A DNA stretch of 64,000 nucleotides, taken from the NCBI GenBank assembly GCA_003693705.1, contig RBZT01000711.1, positions 4,335-68,334 of the forward strand, written 5' to 3'. The notes beneath the pieces are model-generated. The model saw nothing but the letters and a program-made list of their open reading frames with translations. It had not been told where the DNA came from and ran no database searches. The translations under genes were made by a program, and so were the position numbers. This document shows positions 24,959 through 38,732 of the stretch, in pieces. The DNA is from Polymyxa betae A26-41. Lineage: Eukaryota; Protista; Endomyxa: Phytomyxea. How positions within the stretch are numbered: the stretch's first letter is position 1; each line of letters begins with the position of its first letter.

Positions 24959-27900
24959 CAGGGCGAGTCACCTTAAAGTGACATTTGTTTCAAATTGGTT
25001 TGAAAGTTTTTTATTCGATTTTCGATATTTTTTATTCTAATTCTTCATAAATGTGCATCGGAAACCACCGATGGCTTTTGTATTTCTTAACAGCATATTC
25101 TATTGGACGAGATGTCAAAGGCTTACCTTCTTTGTTTCTCAGACTATAGGCGTCCATATATCGATAATACTTTCTGGCAAAACGCCTGATTAATTGAGAG
25201 ATCTCGACACTTTATAAAGCCAATGGAACGTTTTGAAGGTCCTTAGAAAAATATGTGCAATTGCGACGCGTGTATGACTTACAGACGGCCTAGAGTATCT
25301 CAATAAAGTTGAATTCGCAATGAAATTTCGGATAAAATCGATTTTGAATCCGTCATGGTTCTCAAAGACATCATGGACAGGACGTCTCTTGCAGCACTCA
25401 GCTGCTTCCATCTACGGTTCTTGGGCGCCATTGCCATGAGAGACACTGCAGCTCAACCAACCTTGGAGCAGCCCTGTCATTTCTGCGAAGCGGGCTGCGC
25501 AAACAAAAATGTGCAGTCGCCACAGAAAATGCGACAGTGGGACTAATCAAAGTGCGAGCGCAAACTTGGGCTGTTTCATTCCAACCCGTCTCCATACAAC
25601 TTCCAACTGTATTGCAGCCTTCAATTTTTTATTTTTTCGATTTTTTTCTGTAATTCTCTTCAGCTCATTGAGATCTATCGATTTACAGAATTTAAGTGCC
25701 CACGGAGTTATATCTCGGAGCCCAGATACCAAAGGGTGAATCTAAATCCTGAACTTCCCCGGCAGCGGGCTGCACCAGAATCTGTTTCTGGAAGTCGAGT
25801 TTCCAGTCACAGATTCTGGTTCGAAAGTTCGAACCTCCAACCTATGGTGATCTTAAAAAAAAACTGAATAAATTGTCAAACAGCGGGTCTTACTATATGC
25901 ATCGATCCTTCATCGTGATTAAAGCTACCTAAACCATTTCGATTGTAATCCATGCAAAGTGTAGGCTTGGGAGCGCCTGACCTTGGTCGAAAATACGATC
26001 TCCAACGTGATCTGTCCATCAGCAAACAAATAGAATAATAACGGCGAAAGCAACGTTGCAGGATATCTCAAACGCGAGCCTGTGACTTGCCTGTAACTGA
26101 TTTTGCTGCTATTCAAAATATCTAAAGTCCTGTTCTTTGTGGTTACGAATGACTGAAAACGAGTTTTATTTCGATTTTAACAAATAAGAAAAAGTTTTAC
26201 ATCATCAGCACAAATCGTCGCTACAGTGTTCCAGAAAAAAATGATTTGTTTATCGGAGAAAACGCATCTGATAATGATTAATTATCTTCATAAATTTTTT
26301 ATTTTTGTTCAAAAAATCATTTAAATGCCTGCATTATCAGATCTCATTGGTTTCCACTGCAAAACAGCGGATCCAACATCAACGACAACAGGGGCAACCG
26401 ATCCTGCAAACCAAATTAGTATTTGGAAAGAAATTTACTGGATACCATACTTAGTTGAGAAATCCTCAAAATCTGGCTTACGACGTCGATGAAAAAGTCG
26501 GCTGCTTCTTGAGGTGCTGGTTCGACGATATTTTCTTCTGCTGGATGTTGGAGAACCTAGAGGTTTCTGGTGTAGAAACCTCTCTGTTATTTCCTATAAA
26601 AACCTTTCTTAGTGCCTGAATCATAGTGCATTACACTAATCGGCGCCTGGAACAAAAGCTGACGCTTCAGTTTCCAACTCTTTCAACTCTGTTAAAAACG
26701 TGGTATGTAGAAGACTTTGGTTGGACAGATCCTGCAGAGCATCGACTTCAGAATCTTGAATCTGAGCTTATTGGTCTTGAGCAGCGGTCACGACATCAAC
26801 TTGAGCAGCTACAGAGCCAGAAACCTCCAGATCGCCTGAGGACATCATACCCTTCGCTGTATTCAGCCTTCTGGGGTTGAACCATATCTGATGAAGAGCA
26901 ACTGAAAGGTCAACGATTCGAACTGGAAATTATGCTCGTAACTAGATTTACCTGCAAATATGTGCTTGCAATGATGTCCATTGCTGATGTAGTCGTGACA
27001 AGTACAATGCCAGCTATGTCGACAAACGCGACATAGCTGATACGCCATTCAAGGAGTGCTGGTCTTGAACGCCTCATGCGTTCCTTGATCTTGTTCCACC
27101 GATTCCGTCTCATCGTGTTTGTAAAAGCAAACTGCATCGTTTTTTTTACATAGAGAATTGATGACAAACAACCATAAAAAACAGTAAATTCGTACCTCCG
27201 AAACGAAATAGGTTTTCGTTGCCTCCACATTACACACCATAAACGTCTTCGGGCTGTCATCTCCTGCGATCAGTTTGATCTGATCGGATGTAATCGCCAA
27301 TGCTTTCTTGATACGAGTCTTCAGTATGGGACTGATTTTGACATCTTTGCCCATTTCTCTGCTGCAGATTAACAAGCTCATACAAATTCCCTCAGAAACT
27401 TATTGAAATAGAATTCTTCCACTTGCAACAGCAATCGCAGCAGCGGTTCTATGTAGATATTCTGTTTGCCATTCATGAACTTGTACTTGAATACCCGATG
27501 CCACGATTCACAATGTCCAGTGGTATCGGGCATATCAGGATCGCGATAGCAAACCTCCCATTTTTCGTGACGATTCGCGTAATTGCCTACAAAATATTCA
27601 GTGATCCGATCTTCCCTCACCTCCCACTTGGCAATGAATCCAGCAAGCTCCTGAGGAGAGCTTTCTTTGTCCCGCATCATTCGTGGATAGCAATGCTGTC
27701 TATAGATTTCATTTCGATGATCCCGTGAACGAAGACGTTCCTGGAGCTAAATGCACCATTTCAGTAAAGGATTTTGCGATCGATTATCGATTAAAAGTTT
27801 ACAGCTGTCTGCCAATTCTTATCAATGTGCCAAACACAAAATAAGTGGCGTCTCATCGATGCGAAAATGCTGCTGCCCTCACTCAATGCAGTATTGTCGT

Positions 27901-29786
27901 CGTCTAATAGCAAAACTCTAGGCTTGAGATCGGGAATCTTGGCCTATCAGAGAAAGAATTCAGAAAAGTTGTCGTGACAGCAATACGTTACTGAACTCAC
28001 GCGGAGACTGCAAAATAAAGCCCTTAAAGCGACTTTATTTTCACGCGATGTGACACAAAAACACGCAGGATATCCTTGATTTGCCAAAGGATCGATCACC
28101 ACAATAGTGATCAGTTTAAATCCATACGCGTTTGTGCCATGTGTTGAATCGATGGCCCAGCCCCGGTCCCCGAATTTGAAAACAGATGTACTAAATTTAC
28201 TAAACGTTGATTCCAATAACATATATACAAACTCTTTCATAAGCTCGTACATGAACTCAGTCTGGATGACGACGCAGAACTCGCTTTGTTCGAATCCGTA
28301 TCGCAAAGCGTCACATACATAAGCCGCTAATATTATCAAAATTGGTAAATACACAATGCGAATAGATAAAAATTAACACATACCTATGTACAATACGACC
28401 GGATTGTAGTTTTCTTACTGTAACATATTCCTGATGAGGCTGTCGGTTAAGTCCACGTCCTGCGCTTCCAATCCCGTTGTCTTGAAAACTTTGGATTTGA
28501 TGTTGAGAACATCCTTCATGGTCACCAGGAAACCTCGGACGTCACCTTTCTATACAAGTTTTTGAAATCGTTGCATTAACTGTATCGGATTGATTACCTG
28601 GGTCACATTTTTCCGTTCGTTGCGATCGGACCAAACCGCATTGCAGTTTCTGACGATTCGATCGGGTGGAATCCCCAGCCGGAGTTGCTGAGCAATATGC
28701 TCAGAAACGTGACCCGACAGCTTGAGGAAGTGTTGTTCCTCTAACGATCCCGACTTGTGTCCAGAATGATCCTGGATATGATCGACGGCGATCTCTCCAG
28801 ACAGCTCTCGCCTGACGTACATTCGCGCTAAACATCAAGACGACAACTTACAGGATTCCTTCGTGAACAGCGCCTTCGAATCGTCGCTCTTTTCGTTTAT
28901 GGCCTGACCCTTTGGGAGGTTTTCTGGCGAACGCCTGCAGACCAAGACCTGGGTCTTTGAACTTGGGCCGTTTACAGCGACGTTTGCTTCCCCTTTGAGC
29001 TCGCTTTTGAATCTGTGATGCAGGAAATCAGGTTCGTGCTGTCAGCAGTTCAGATCACGTCACTTTTGGAAATCGTGCTGATTGTTGAATTTATATATTG
29101 TTCGCCTAATGGTTTCGTGTTCGTGGTCCTAAATATTCATATAAACAAATGATAATTTGAAAGAAACGAAATAGAAATGATTACCTTTTGACAATGAAAC
29201 AGTACACCCAGGACCGAATCCAAATTCGAGCGGTCGCAAAATGGACCGAAGAATGCCAGAGACATTCGGCCGTGAATTTCTGGCTGAATCGATTCAACCA
29301 ATGTTTTCCTACATTCATGTCGAACTAATTAGGCATAATAATTGCCACAAGTCGCGCAGAGATCTTTCATTCTGTTCGAGTCGTGGGTCTTTCTATGCCT
29401 TTCCAATTTACTCCGGTACGGAAACGATTTTTGGCACCCATCGAAATCACATGAATATGATCTCTTATAAATAGGCGGTACGAATTGGTTATTTTCCATA
29501 CCGTTCGCTGGCGATGCGCTGAGCTCCATGGATATTCAGACAAAGGAATAAAACAAGTTGATGTTCTAATCGATTCGCACAGAATACTCCAATGACAAAA
29601 GTGAGGATTTTATTCACAAAAGAATTAGAAAAATGCCATATCACACTCAGCGTGCCGCTAGTACTTCCAGTCCCAGGGCCTTTCTTTTGACGGCAACCCG
29701 CTGCCGGGAAAGTTCAGAATTTAGTAAACCTCGATACCAAACCCCGTGGTTCCTAATAAAATCGTCTCTCAAAAGTGACTCGCACT
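24959..29786 (-). mobile_element. MULE (Mutator-like) DNA transposon with short CAG-terminated TIRs
   Basis: Termini CAGGGCGAGTCACCTT and AAAGTGACTCGCACTG. Interrupts Copia-3 gag, which resumes on both sides. Confidence 0.75.
26430..29529 (-). pseudogene. Multi-exon MULE transposase with N-terminal C2H2 zinc finger and C-terminal SWIM
   Basis: CDFDGCQKSF..LERHRKTH; HSGH; IDSTHGTNAYGFKL..GYP; LLDDD; HLFCVWH; TTGHCESWH; CTCHDY..HHCKHI. GT-AG introns, e.g. 27944-28000 (57 nt). Confidence 0.9.
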
Positions 29787-30317
29787 GTAGGTTTTCATGT
29801 GTTGATTTGGCTCCTTCTTATAGTGGATAAATTGCAGGAATATGCTCGCTGCCTTTGATTCCGCAGTCTCTTTGTCAATGTCTTGCAGTCTTTTCCATAT
29901 TTGGTAAGTGTTTTTACAGGACGATACTAGTTTGTACTGGGATTGTGTCAGTCGTAAGCATATCCGGGCAGAAGCGGACTTGTCTTTCCGTAACTCTCTA
30001 GGGTTTCGGGGGCTCGGATCATGTTTCAGATGGGTATCAATTCCCATTATAGTGAACTGAGTTTCGACTTTCCTTTTAAAGTCCTCCCAATTGCATCCGT
30101 TGAACTCGGGTATGAGTTTCAGTCCAACGCTTTGTTTTGAACGGTCCACTTCCTCCTGCAGATAAGGAAATGATTGAGGCATTCCACTGTCTCGGTTTTC
30201 TTGAGCATTATTTCGTGTGTTCGCTTGGCTGTTAGCTCCGCTGCGGGCGTTAGATTCAGTCATTATGAGAGCGAACTCTGACTCTTAATCTCTTAGGCTT
30301 AGCTATGTTAACACGCG

Positions 30318-31230
30318 GTGTCTGCACAAGAAGTATTTAAGAAAAGTGAAAACTTTTATTGTGACTTTAAGTCTTGTGATTCCGTTATAGAGCTCAGTGA
30401 CTGGGAACGACTTCGTTCTGACTGCTATACTCGAGGAGATCTATCGATTAATGACATTTTTCGTGAAAATGGCGTAAGATTTCTGAAGTTATTGACCCAA
30501 AGAGCCTCTCCTAGCTGACGTGTATAGTTTAAAACAGGGCCCACCATATTTCAGTTCAACGAGCTCTTTGCAACAAGAAAATCGCCCTAAGGATTTATAG
30601 GGAAAGATAGAGAGGATGAGGATGAAAATTCAAATTCCTCTGTAAATGCCGCGATTGAAACGTTGCAGTCGATCGTTCGAATCAGCAGCAACGATAAAGC
30701 TGAGAAAAACACTCCTCAAACCAAATTTGAGCTCTTTGGACACCTCGCCGTATTACGATTTTTCCAACGCTTCAAGAAAATCGACGGTCCTGTGTCACAG
30801 CGTCCAAAGATTGTTGAGATTCTCACCGGCTCTCTAAACCTGCTGGATGGTGCGGCCCCGGATCAGAATAACAGCTCAGCAAAAACTGCGCCCCGGAAGT
30901 ACGTCCCATAATTTCTGTTCAGGAATATGAGTATTCTTCAGACCATTGAAACATTAATACATCTTTGTTCAACGAAAGGCCTTGTAATGGTGCACGAGAG
31001 ATTCTGGTACCTATGCCCTTTTTCGCTCATCCGACAACATCAAGCTGTCGGCAATAAACCGAAATCAGTTCCACCCCAACAAGGATATCGCAAAAATTTC
31101 GGCGGTTGTGAGAGCAGGGCAAAAAACATTAGAAATTGGAGCAACGATAAAGTTCGAGCTCATCAAATGAAGGTGTTAAGGCAAGGGAAGCATCAGAAAA
31201 CCGAATCATTAACTGATGACTCGGATATAC
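30318..31230 (+). pseudogene. N-terminal fragment of the same Tc1/IS630-like transposase family as 16980-18250
   Basis: RAKNIRNW...RQGKHQKTESLTDDSDI resembles the motif that precedes DGHER in this family (my recollection, not a search result). Confidence 0.5.
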
Positions 31231-32216
31231 CGGTATACAGAAAAAAAATTGAAGAACTGCGAAGTGGGCTAGAAGAAATGCCAAAAGCAGTTACAGAAAC
31301 ATCCGAAAAACAGAGGACTTTGAAGAAGAAGACTCAGAAGAAATACAGAAGAGAGCCAAATTTTGGAGTTGGAGATTACGTCTTAGTTGGAGTACCAGAG
31401 CCGATAAAAATGGCAGTTCGAAACTGTTCTTGAAATGGCGAGGTCCATATCGGATCAGTGACAGTGAAGATAATTATGTGTTCGAGTAGAAATTATTATC
31501 GATCACAGTAAAGACGGGTCCATGGAGACCGAATCCAGCTACGGTATATGCAGATGATAAGCTAAATGTCACAAAGGAAATAAAAATCAGTTTGCCCATG
31601 ACAATGAATCATATCAAGTAAATGATTTTATTAACTGCAGACTTAACACAGAAAGAGGGCAACTAGAGTTGCTGGTCGAATGGAAAGGATTTACAGAAGA
31701 TGAGAATTCGTGGGAACCACTGAAGATTTTGTTAGAAGACGTCCCCGAATTAGTGAAGAAATATCTGAAGAAATTAACAGATGAGAAAAGTGCGTACGCA
31801 GAAGTTGATGACTTTGTTAGAAGTATTTCCAAAAAGTCGAGCTGAAAATCTACTATTGACTCCAAGCTTTTATCCCATTGGGCTTTAACGCGGAACTATA
31901 GCAAATGATCAGTAAGTACTAGATTGAGGTAATGAGATGACATGAAAAGATGATAATATTTGTATAAAAACACGAATCTTATGATGATTCAGAGGACCCT
32001 AATAGATGAAATCGATGAGCACTATGAAGACTTTGGACGACCTTGACGAAAATGGATGATCAGATCTGATAAAATGATGACTCCATGATGGCTAAGAGCA
32101 AGAGCACCGCGCGCGATTATCCTTATCAGTAAATATAAAATTTAAACGAACTTTAATGTTATACATATAAAGATTTGTGCGGGATCCTCCACCGGGACAC
32201 AAAAAACCATTATTGA

Positions 32217-33504
32217 TGGATGCTTTCTGGCAACAGTTTCAGCCCAAGCTTCTCGACGACAGCAGTGAAAGCGATCTTGGCCATGATGATTTACTTTTAA
32301 TGATGATGATGGATGAATCCGAATGCGAAGAATCCAAGATCACAGGCTCTCGACGTGGCAGAAAACCGAACAAGGACCGTAAAAGAGAACACTATGATGG
32401 GCTCTTATTTCATGATTACTGGGGTCCAAATCCAACGTATAACAATGATAATTTTCGAAATACGTTTAGCATACCGATCGAGCTCTTTGAAGAATTAGTG
32501 GCTCGCTTGCAAGAGCAGGATCATTATTTCATTCAAAAGCGCGATGCTTTGAACAAAAAGGGCTCAGTGCAAGACAGAAGATAGCATGCGTTATTCGGAT
32601 CCTTTCTAGCGGATCGCTCAGCTCAGCAGAAAGACGATCACTATCGAGTGGGAAAGTCCACTATCCTTGAAAGTTTGAAACGGTTTTGTGTTGTGATAGA
32701 CGCGAGTTACGGCGAGGTAGCTCTACGCTCTCCAAACATCGACGACCTGAATAGCATCCTGGATGAGTCCCTGCAAGATGGATGGCCAGGCTGCCTGGGC
32801 ACGATTGATTGCATGAACTGGGCCTGGAAAAACTGCCCTGCCGCGTGGGCAGGGATGCTTACCGGCAAGGAGGGCTATCCAACCGTAAAGCTGGAGGCGA
32901 TTGCTGACGGCCGTTGTCGGTTTTGGCACTTTTTTTATTACCAAGCTCGTTGAATGATATTAACGTGCTTGACCGCTCACATCTTCTCAAGGAGGCGATC
33001 AATGGTAAAGCTATCACAGTCAAGTACAATGTCAATGGTAATGAGGATTCAATCCCTTTCTGGCTCGCTGATGGCATTTATCCCAACCACCATTGTTTCA
33101 TGGCGAATCCTGTAATGCGTAAAGAAAACTGTTTCCCAGCAACAAGAGAGCAAAAGGAAAGACATTGAGCGAGCCTTCGGGATACTCCAAGCGCAATTTC
33201 ACATCTTGACAGTTCCTTGTAAGCTTTGGTCTCGCGATGCCATGCGCGAAATCATGAAAACTTGTGTCATTCTCCATAATCGGATTTTAGATTTTAAGGA
33301 ATATGGGTTGGATTCATCTTATATTACCCACGAGCGCTACAAACCTAAGCATCCGCCGTATTAGTGGATAATACGAGTAGCCGTCAGTTCTCTAGTATTG
33401 AAAAAATGATTAACCTCTCGAAGATTCAAAGTTCGGATCTTCATTTTGAACTAAAAGCAGATCTGATCGAACGATTCTGGAATGTATTGGGTACGGCTCA
33501 CTAA
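32217..33504 (+). pseudogene. Pong-like (Plant_tran) transposase
   Basis: GSRRGR..DYWGPNPTY..F, GWPGCLGTIDCMNWAWKNCP, LNDINVL, LADGIYP, IERAFGILQ. Frameshifted. Confidence 0.92.
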
Positions 33505-36143
33505 ACTCAACCTAGATCTCACTCATTTAATCATCCATTGCTAAAACTTCCTCGTCAATACAGACATTGAAGCCAGTTTCTGTTTTTTCTGCCAACCGTA
33601 TGCGAATATCCAGTAATGCTTCCTCCTGCTTCAACTTTAAGAATTCTTGAGATTCTGGAGCACCAGAATTCATTGAGAACAGAGCCAAGATCAGCGTATC
33701 CAGTTGGACCTGTGCTCGGCGATCACTGTTTTCGGCCATTCGTAGATAAACGTTTCCCTTGAGCGGCTGGCATCCTGATCTGACTCGAATTTCAGCTTCT
33801 TGGCGGCCTTCTTCCCGATCTCGGGCCTAGGTGCACAACGGAGCGATCGATTGGATTCGGCTGAAGCATGAGCGGGAAGGGCTCTTTGACAGTCAAGGGC
33901 TGGTTCATCTGCTTCTTCCACATCATCATCGTCAAGCTCTAACGCTTTTTTCATCGGCTTAGTCATTCTTTCTACCTCGATACAGAACTTGGGCATCTGC
34001 TTGACGATTGTCCAACAGACATCATGAACAAAAGGCTTTTGACTTCATCTTGGTAGTATTGTTTCGCGAATACCATATAATTTTCCAGAGACCACCCTGA
34101 ATGGTATTCAGATATGGCTTTGTTCATGCAGGCCGTAAACTTCAACAAAGCTTTCTGGATTGCATTTACCCATCGAGTCTTAATCGCTGCTGCCGTTCGA
34201 TCCTGAACAAGTCATTTCCGATAAAAAGGCCGAGCTCATGCTTAATTGTCATGAATGCGCGACCCCCAATAGTGCAGCTCAACTGCGTCGGACGTGAAGC
34301 TTCCAGTTTCAGTCACAGTGTCAGAATAAACGACTGCAACTTGTTTGGTCGAGCTGAGGTTAGCTCAGTTCGATCAACACCGGTTTTGGACTAATACTTG
34401 CTTCGTTTTCGTATTCTTCGCTCTCGACTCTCGTTTTAGATATATTAACTTCTTTTTATTCTCGTTCCGTTCCGAATTATCCATAGTCCCCTCTCGCCTC
34501 TAGTTAGTCCATTACAGTTTGATCGAACTAGAAAAATTGGATGAAAATTCTCCTTCTAATTCGTCAATGTCTTTCGATGATTCTCCCAATATCATGTTCG
34601 CACACACGCCGATGCAGCTTACAAATTGTTCTTCCTCTGATGTTGAGACCTTGCTTCAGAATCTACAAAATTACAAAATCAGTTGGTCTCTGTCACGCAG
34701 AGCCAATCGAGTCAGATTGCTGGCCTTTAGGAACAATTTGCGACTATCGCAAGTATTCGTAATAGCCCCTCTGACAGCATTCCGGTGTCTGTTATTACCC
34801 CCGCTCCTGGCTCCTTGATTTCTGATGAGGATAACGTGGCAACAGCCAACGGTGATCAGCGGACTTCCCATTCTCTATTTCAAAATTCTGTCGATCTTCC
34901 CAAACCCACAGTAGTTTTTCAGGTGATCGAAGAAAATTTCGACAGAGGATGTGTCAGGTAGAAAACTATCTACGAATGCACGAACGATCGTTTCGTAATG
35001 ATTACATACCGTGCCGGATTATTTACAAGTCTTCTTTCGGAATCTGCCTTAAATTGGTTAATGCCATATGTCGAAGCCAGATCTCCCATCCTTGATAACT
35101 ATAGTCAATTTATTGCTGAGCTTCGTCGGGCATTTGACGATCCAGATCGACGACAAAACTCCTCAATGAAATTAAGACAGTTACGGCAAGAACAGTTTTC
35201 GACTTTTGCAGAATTTGACTCTGTATCGACTTTTATTACCCTACGTAGACTGGACCAAAACCTCAAAAATACGAGCACTTTCGAGAAGTTCTTAACCCGT
35301 CAACGGAAAGAATGTTACGAATCGCACAAACATGTGGAAACGCGAAACTCAAGACGTTAGACGATGTAATTCGCACAGCCGCTGTTATCGATTTGGAATT
35401 TCCGTCGGGATCAGAGCCAGATACTGATCGGCCTCGACCAACCCCGGCCCGAACAATCGATCAACCTCGAACAGCAATATACCTTCCAATAACCCTTCCG
35501 GGCCTCGCTCATTATCGGATAAAGAGCGTGAACGTCGTCGTGAACACGAGCTATGCTTGTATTGCGGTGGCGAACATCTGATCTCACACTGTCCTATTTT
35601 GATGAATCGCAAGAATTCGTCTATCCCACTAAACTCTACTGTTAACCCTTCTCCGGTTTGCTATCTCAGCATCCTTAGTTTCAGATTCCATCCATCCTAT
35701 AGATATATTAATTGACAGTGGCGCTGGAGGAAGTCTTATCAGCCTAGCGTTAGTGAAAAAATATAATCTGAACACTTGGAAATTAGATTCGCCTATTACA
35801 TTTTCTTCATTTAATGGAGCGCCCGCCGCTTCGATATCTATGGAGTCTTTTTTCCATTTGGAGCTATCCGAAACCAGTTTTGAAGTGCGAGCTTGTATCC
35901 TGCCTACCTGTCGCTTCGACATCATCCTGGGTTTCAATTGGCTGAAGCGGTTTAATCCTAAAATCGATTGGGAGGAAGGCGCGGTGTCTCTTCCCTTGGC
36001 TAAGGCCAAACCTGGTACGCCAGTCATCCCCCTACTGACGCTTGATATTGCAGACGCACCACCACAAGTTCAAGCAACCGAAACCTTGCCCCCTGCATAT
36101 TCGGATTTTGACGACGTTTTCTCGAAAAGGAGTGCTGACATAC

Positions 36144-36685
36144 AAGAGATATCCGTAAACGTAGCCAAACTGCCGGTAGTAACCCGAAGTTTCACCAAAA
36201 CTAACGGTGGGCTGCGCCAAAAATGCGGCGGAGCCTCCATACAAAAAACTATTGGTGAAACTGAAATGACTACCGAAACTGGGGGTGGCATATTTTCGCC
36301 CTCAGTTTTGGACCACGGGCTGCGTCAGCATTGAAGGGAGCCATTTTCAGCAGCTTTTCTGGCTACATCTGCCTGTCAGATACTGGTGACGTCACTGCAG
36401 GAATGTCATGTTCCTTGGACCTCGACAGTCTCCATATGGAGAGCAGTGCTGACCGCTTTGCTTCTGGTTTAGTCGAAGCAGTCGTCTACAGCAGTATCAG
36501 AACCGTCGTCACGGGCGATCTCGTCCCAAATATTCGATAATCACACAAGAAATAAAGTTTTTTAAAAACTGCCGGCGAAATTTTGAAATCAGGGACCAGT
36601 TTGCGGATACCAGCACAAACTGCGGGTCACCGCGTTTTTTAACAAAACTGTCGGTGAAACTGCGGTCGACGTTTACGGATTTCTT
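36144..36685. mobile_element. Non-autonomous TIR element (MITE) in Gypsy-A pol
   Basis: TIR cores ATCCGTAAACGT/ACGTTTACGGAT and 3-bp TSD TAC. Removal restores [15 protein letters not shown]. Many AAACTG subterminal motifs. Confidence 0.88.
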
Positions 36686-37559
36686 TACTACCTCCACATA
36701 GACCTTATGATTGTACGATTGACATTCAACCAAACACCACCCCTCCATTCGGCCCGATTTATTTTTATCTATCGAAACGAGAAACGGAAACCCTGCGCGA
36801 ATACATCAACGAAAACTTGCAGAAGGGATTCATTCGGCCTTCACAATCTGCTGTAGCTCACCTGTCATGATCGTTCTTCAGAAAGACAAATCGTTACGGC
36901 TATGTGTAGATTATCGTAAAATCAACGACTTTACTGTTAAGAACCGATATCCTTTGCCCTTGATACAGTCGCTGTTATCGGAGGCATCGTCAGGAAGTAT
37001 TTTCTCTAAAATCGATCTACGTGGCGCCTACAATTTAGTGAGGATTAGAGAAGGGCTTTTCGGCCTATACGAGTACCTCGTTATGCCTTTCGGCCTAACA
37101 AATGCTCCAGCTTGTTTTCAGCATTTGATGAACGATATCTTTCTTGAGCACATCGGCAAGTTTGTGGTATATACTATATCTGGATGACATCCTTGTCTAT
37201 TCTGCCAACGAATCGGATCATATCACTCATGTACGCTCTGCTCTATCACTCTTGGGCGAAAATGGCCTTTATGCCAAATTAGAAAAATGTGCTTTTCACC
37301 TACCTAATGTTGATTTTATTAAAGGTGTCCGCGAATGTGAGTGAGCTTTAACCCTCAACTGTCTGTCACTGGAAGAACTTTGCAGTTGTTCGAATATGTC
37401 ACAGATCTTTGCAAATTCTGTGAAAACAGCCTGTTACACATAAAAGGGCCTAATAAATGCGATTTATTTTTGAAAATGGATATCTTCTTGGGCTACGAAA
37501 AAAGCGAAAACAACGTTTGACCGATCAGCTTTTGAAGACGATCTATTTCAAATTCTTGC

Positions 37560-38518
37560 AACCTATTCACAGATGACGAGTTGTTGAACGAAGATCAGAA
37601 CTTGAAGATGGCGTTCGTGATCAGCTAGTTCTGCTGCAGCGTACTCCTTCCTATTTTCGAATTATTACCAACTTTTCTGCAGAAGAATTCGAGGAGCCCT
37701 CAAGTCGAGTCTGTCCGATTCTTGCAACAACAGCCCGCTCAACAGGACAGCAGCGCTCTGTCTTTGGAAGGCAGCCGAAGCTCTCATCTCAGCAACGTCT
37801 GTTGCTGTTTGTGCTGTATTTGAAGCACGACAACACTGTGCGAATGAACGCTTTTACTTGGAACTGGGCGAAATCGTCAACAAGCGATGACATCTTGTTT
37901 GTCTCTTCCTGTATCAATGCCGCCTTGCACGATGAATTGCGTTGGCCATCTAAATCGGAGCGCTCTATTTCCTAGGGTTTATCGACGGCACGCTTATACA
38001 AATCAGGCGTCCCTCCAATGTTGACAGTGATAGACCATGGTATAACGGACGAAAGTCCATGTATTGCTTAAACAATACGGCGGTGATTGATCATCGTGGT
38101 TTATTTATTTACATAGACAGTGGATATCCAGGATCACAAGAACTGGCGTCAATACTTCACTCATCGCGATGATTATTTTGAATACTTATTAGGCGATCCT
38201 GGTTACGTGGGAGAGGAGATGTTTATAATGCGGCGAATAGGGCGCAGAGAGATCCCTGAAGACGGCAACGTAGATGTGATTGACGCTTTTAACGCTATCC
38301 ATGCGGGATACCGCGTTCGCGTTGAATGGGGCATTGGATTTCTCGTACGAAAATGCAAAATATTCATGAAGACGTTTGAATCATCACGTGATAGATTTCC
38401 TCATCTTTTTCGCAGTGCAGCAATACTGACCAACTTTCTGCAAAAACGACGACTGGATATGACCGCTGAATTGGAGGAAGGCCTGGATCAGAATATTGGC
38501 TGGGATGTTGCTGAATAA
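37560..38518 (+). pseudogene. DDE_Tnp_4 (HARBI1-like) transposase
   Basis: GRQPKLSSQQRLL, GFIDGT, YNGRK, LGDPGY, RVRVEWGIG. Confidence 0.85.
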
Positions 38519-38732
38519 ACAGCCAGAATGCTACCGTAGATCCCGGGGAAATATCCACTACGGATCTGATAAAATGGATACTGATTTGATAGGGTAGTGG
38601 CTATTTCGCCGGGAGTTTTGAATCGATTTGGTGTATTTTTTCTCACTGACTACACTTCTGTATAGCCTTTTAAAAATAGATTCTAACGGTATGCGGCTAG
38701 CTTGCCCATGCGTATTCACATATCCGTTTAGC

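Larger units (their letters stand above)
18330..30313 (-). mobile_element. Copia-3: 3'-truncated Copia related to Copia-1, interrupted by Copia-2 and a MULE
   Basis: gag 5' part at 29790-30263 (KLIPEFNG..ESKAASIFL), gag continuation at 24474-24955 (ARASQV..LTNILLS.ERD, homologous to Copia-1), and protease/integrase at 18330-19728 (TPQELWHGSKPD..PFGC). PBS at ~30277-30290. 5' LTR mostly deleted. Confidence 0.85.

Noticed and set aside
29329-29529. Host C2H2 transcription factor
   Set aside because: Lies within the MULE termini and is collinear with the transposase exons.
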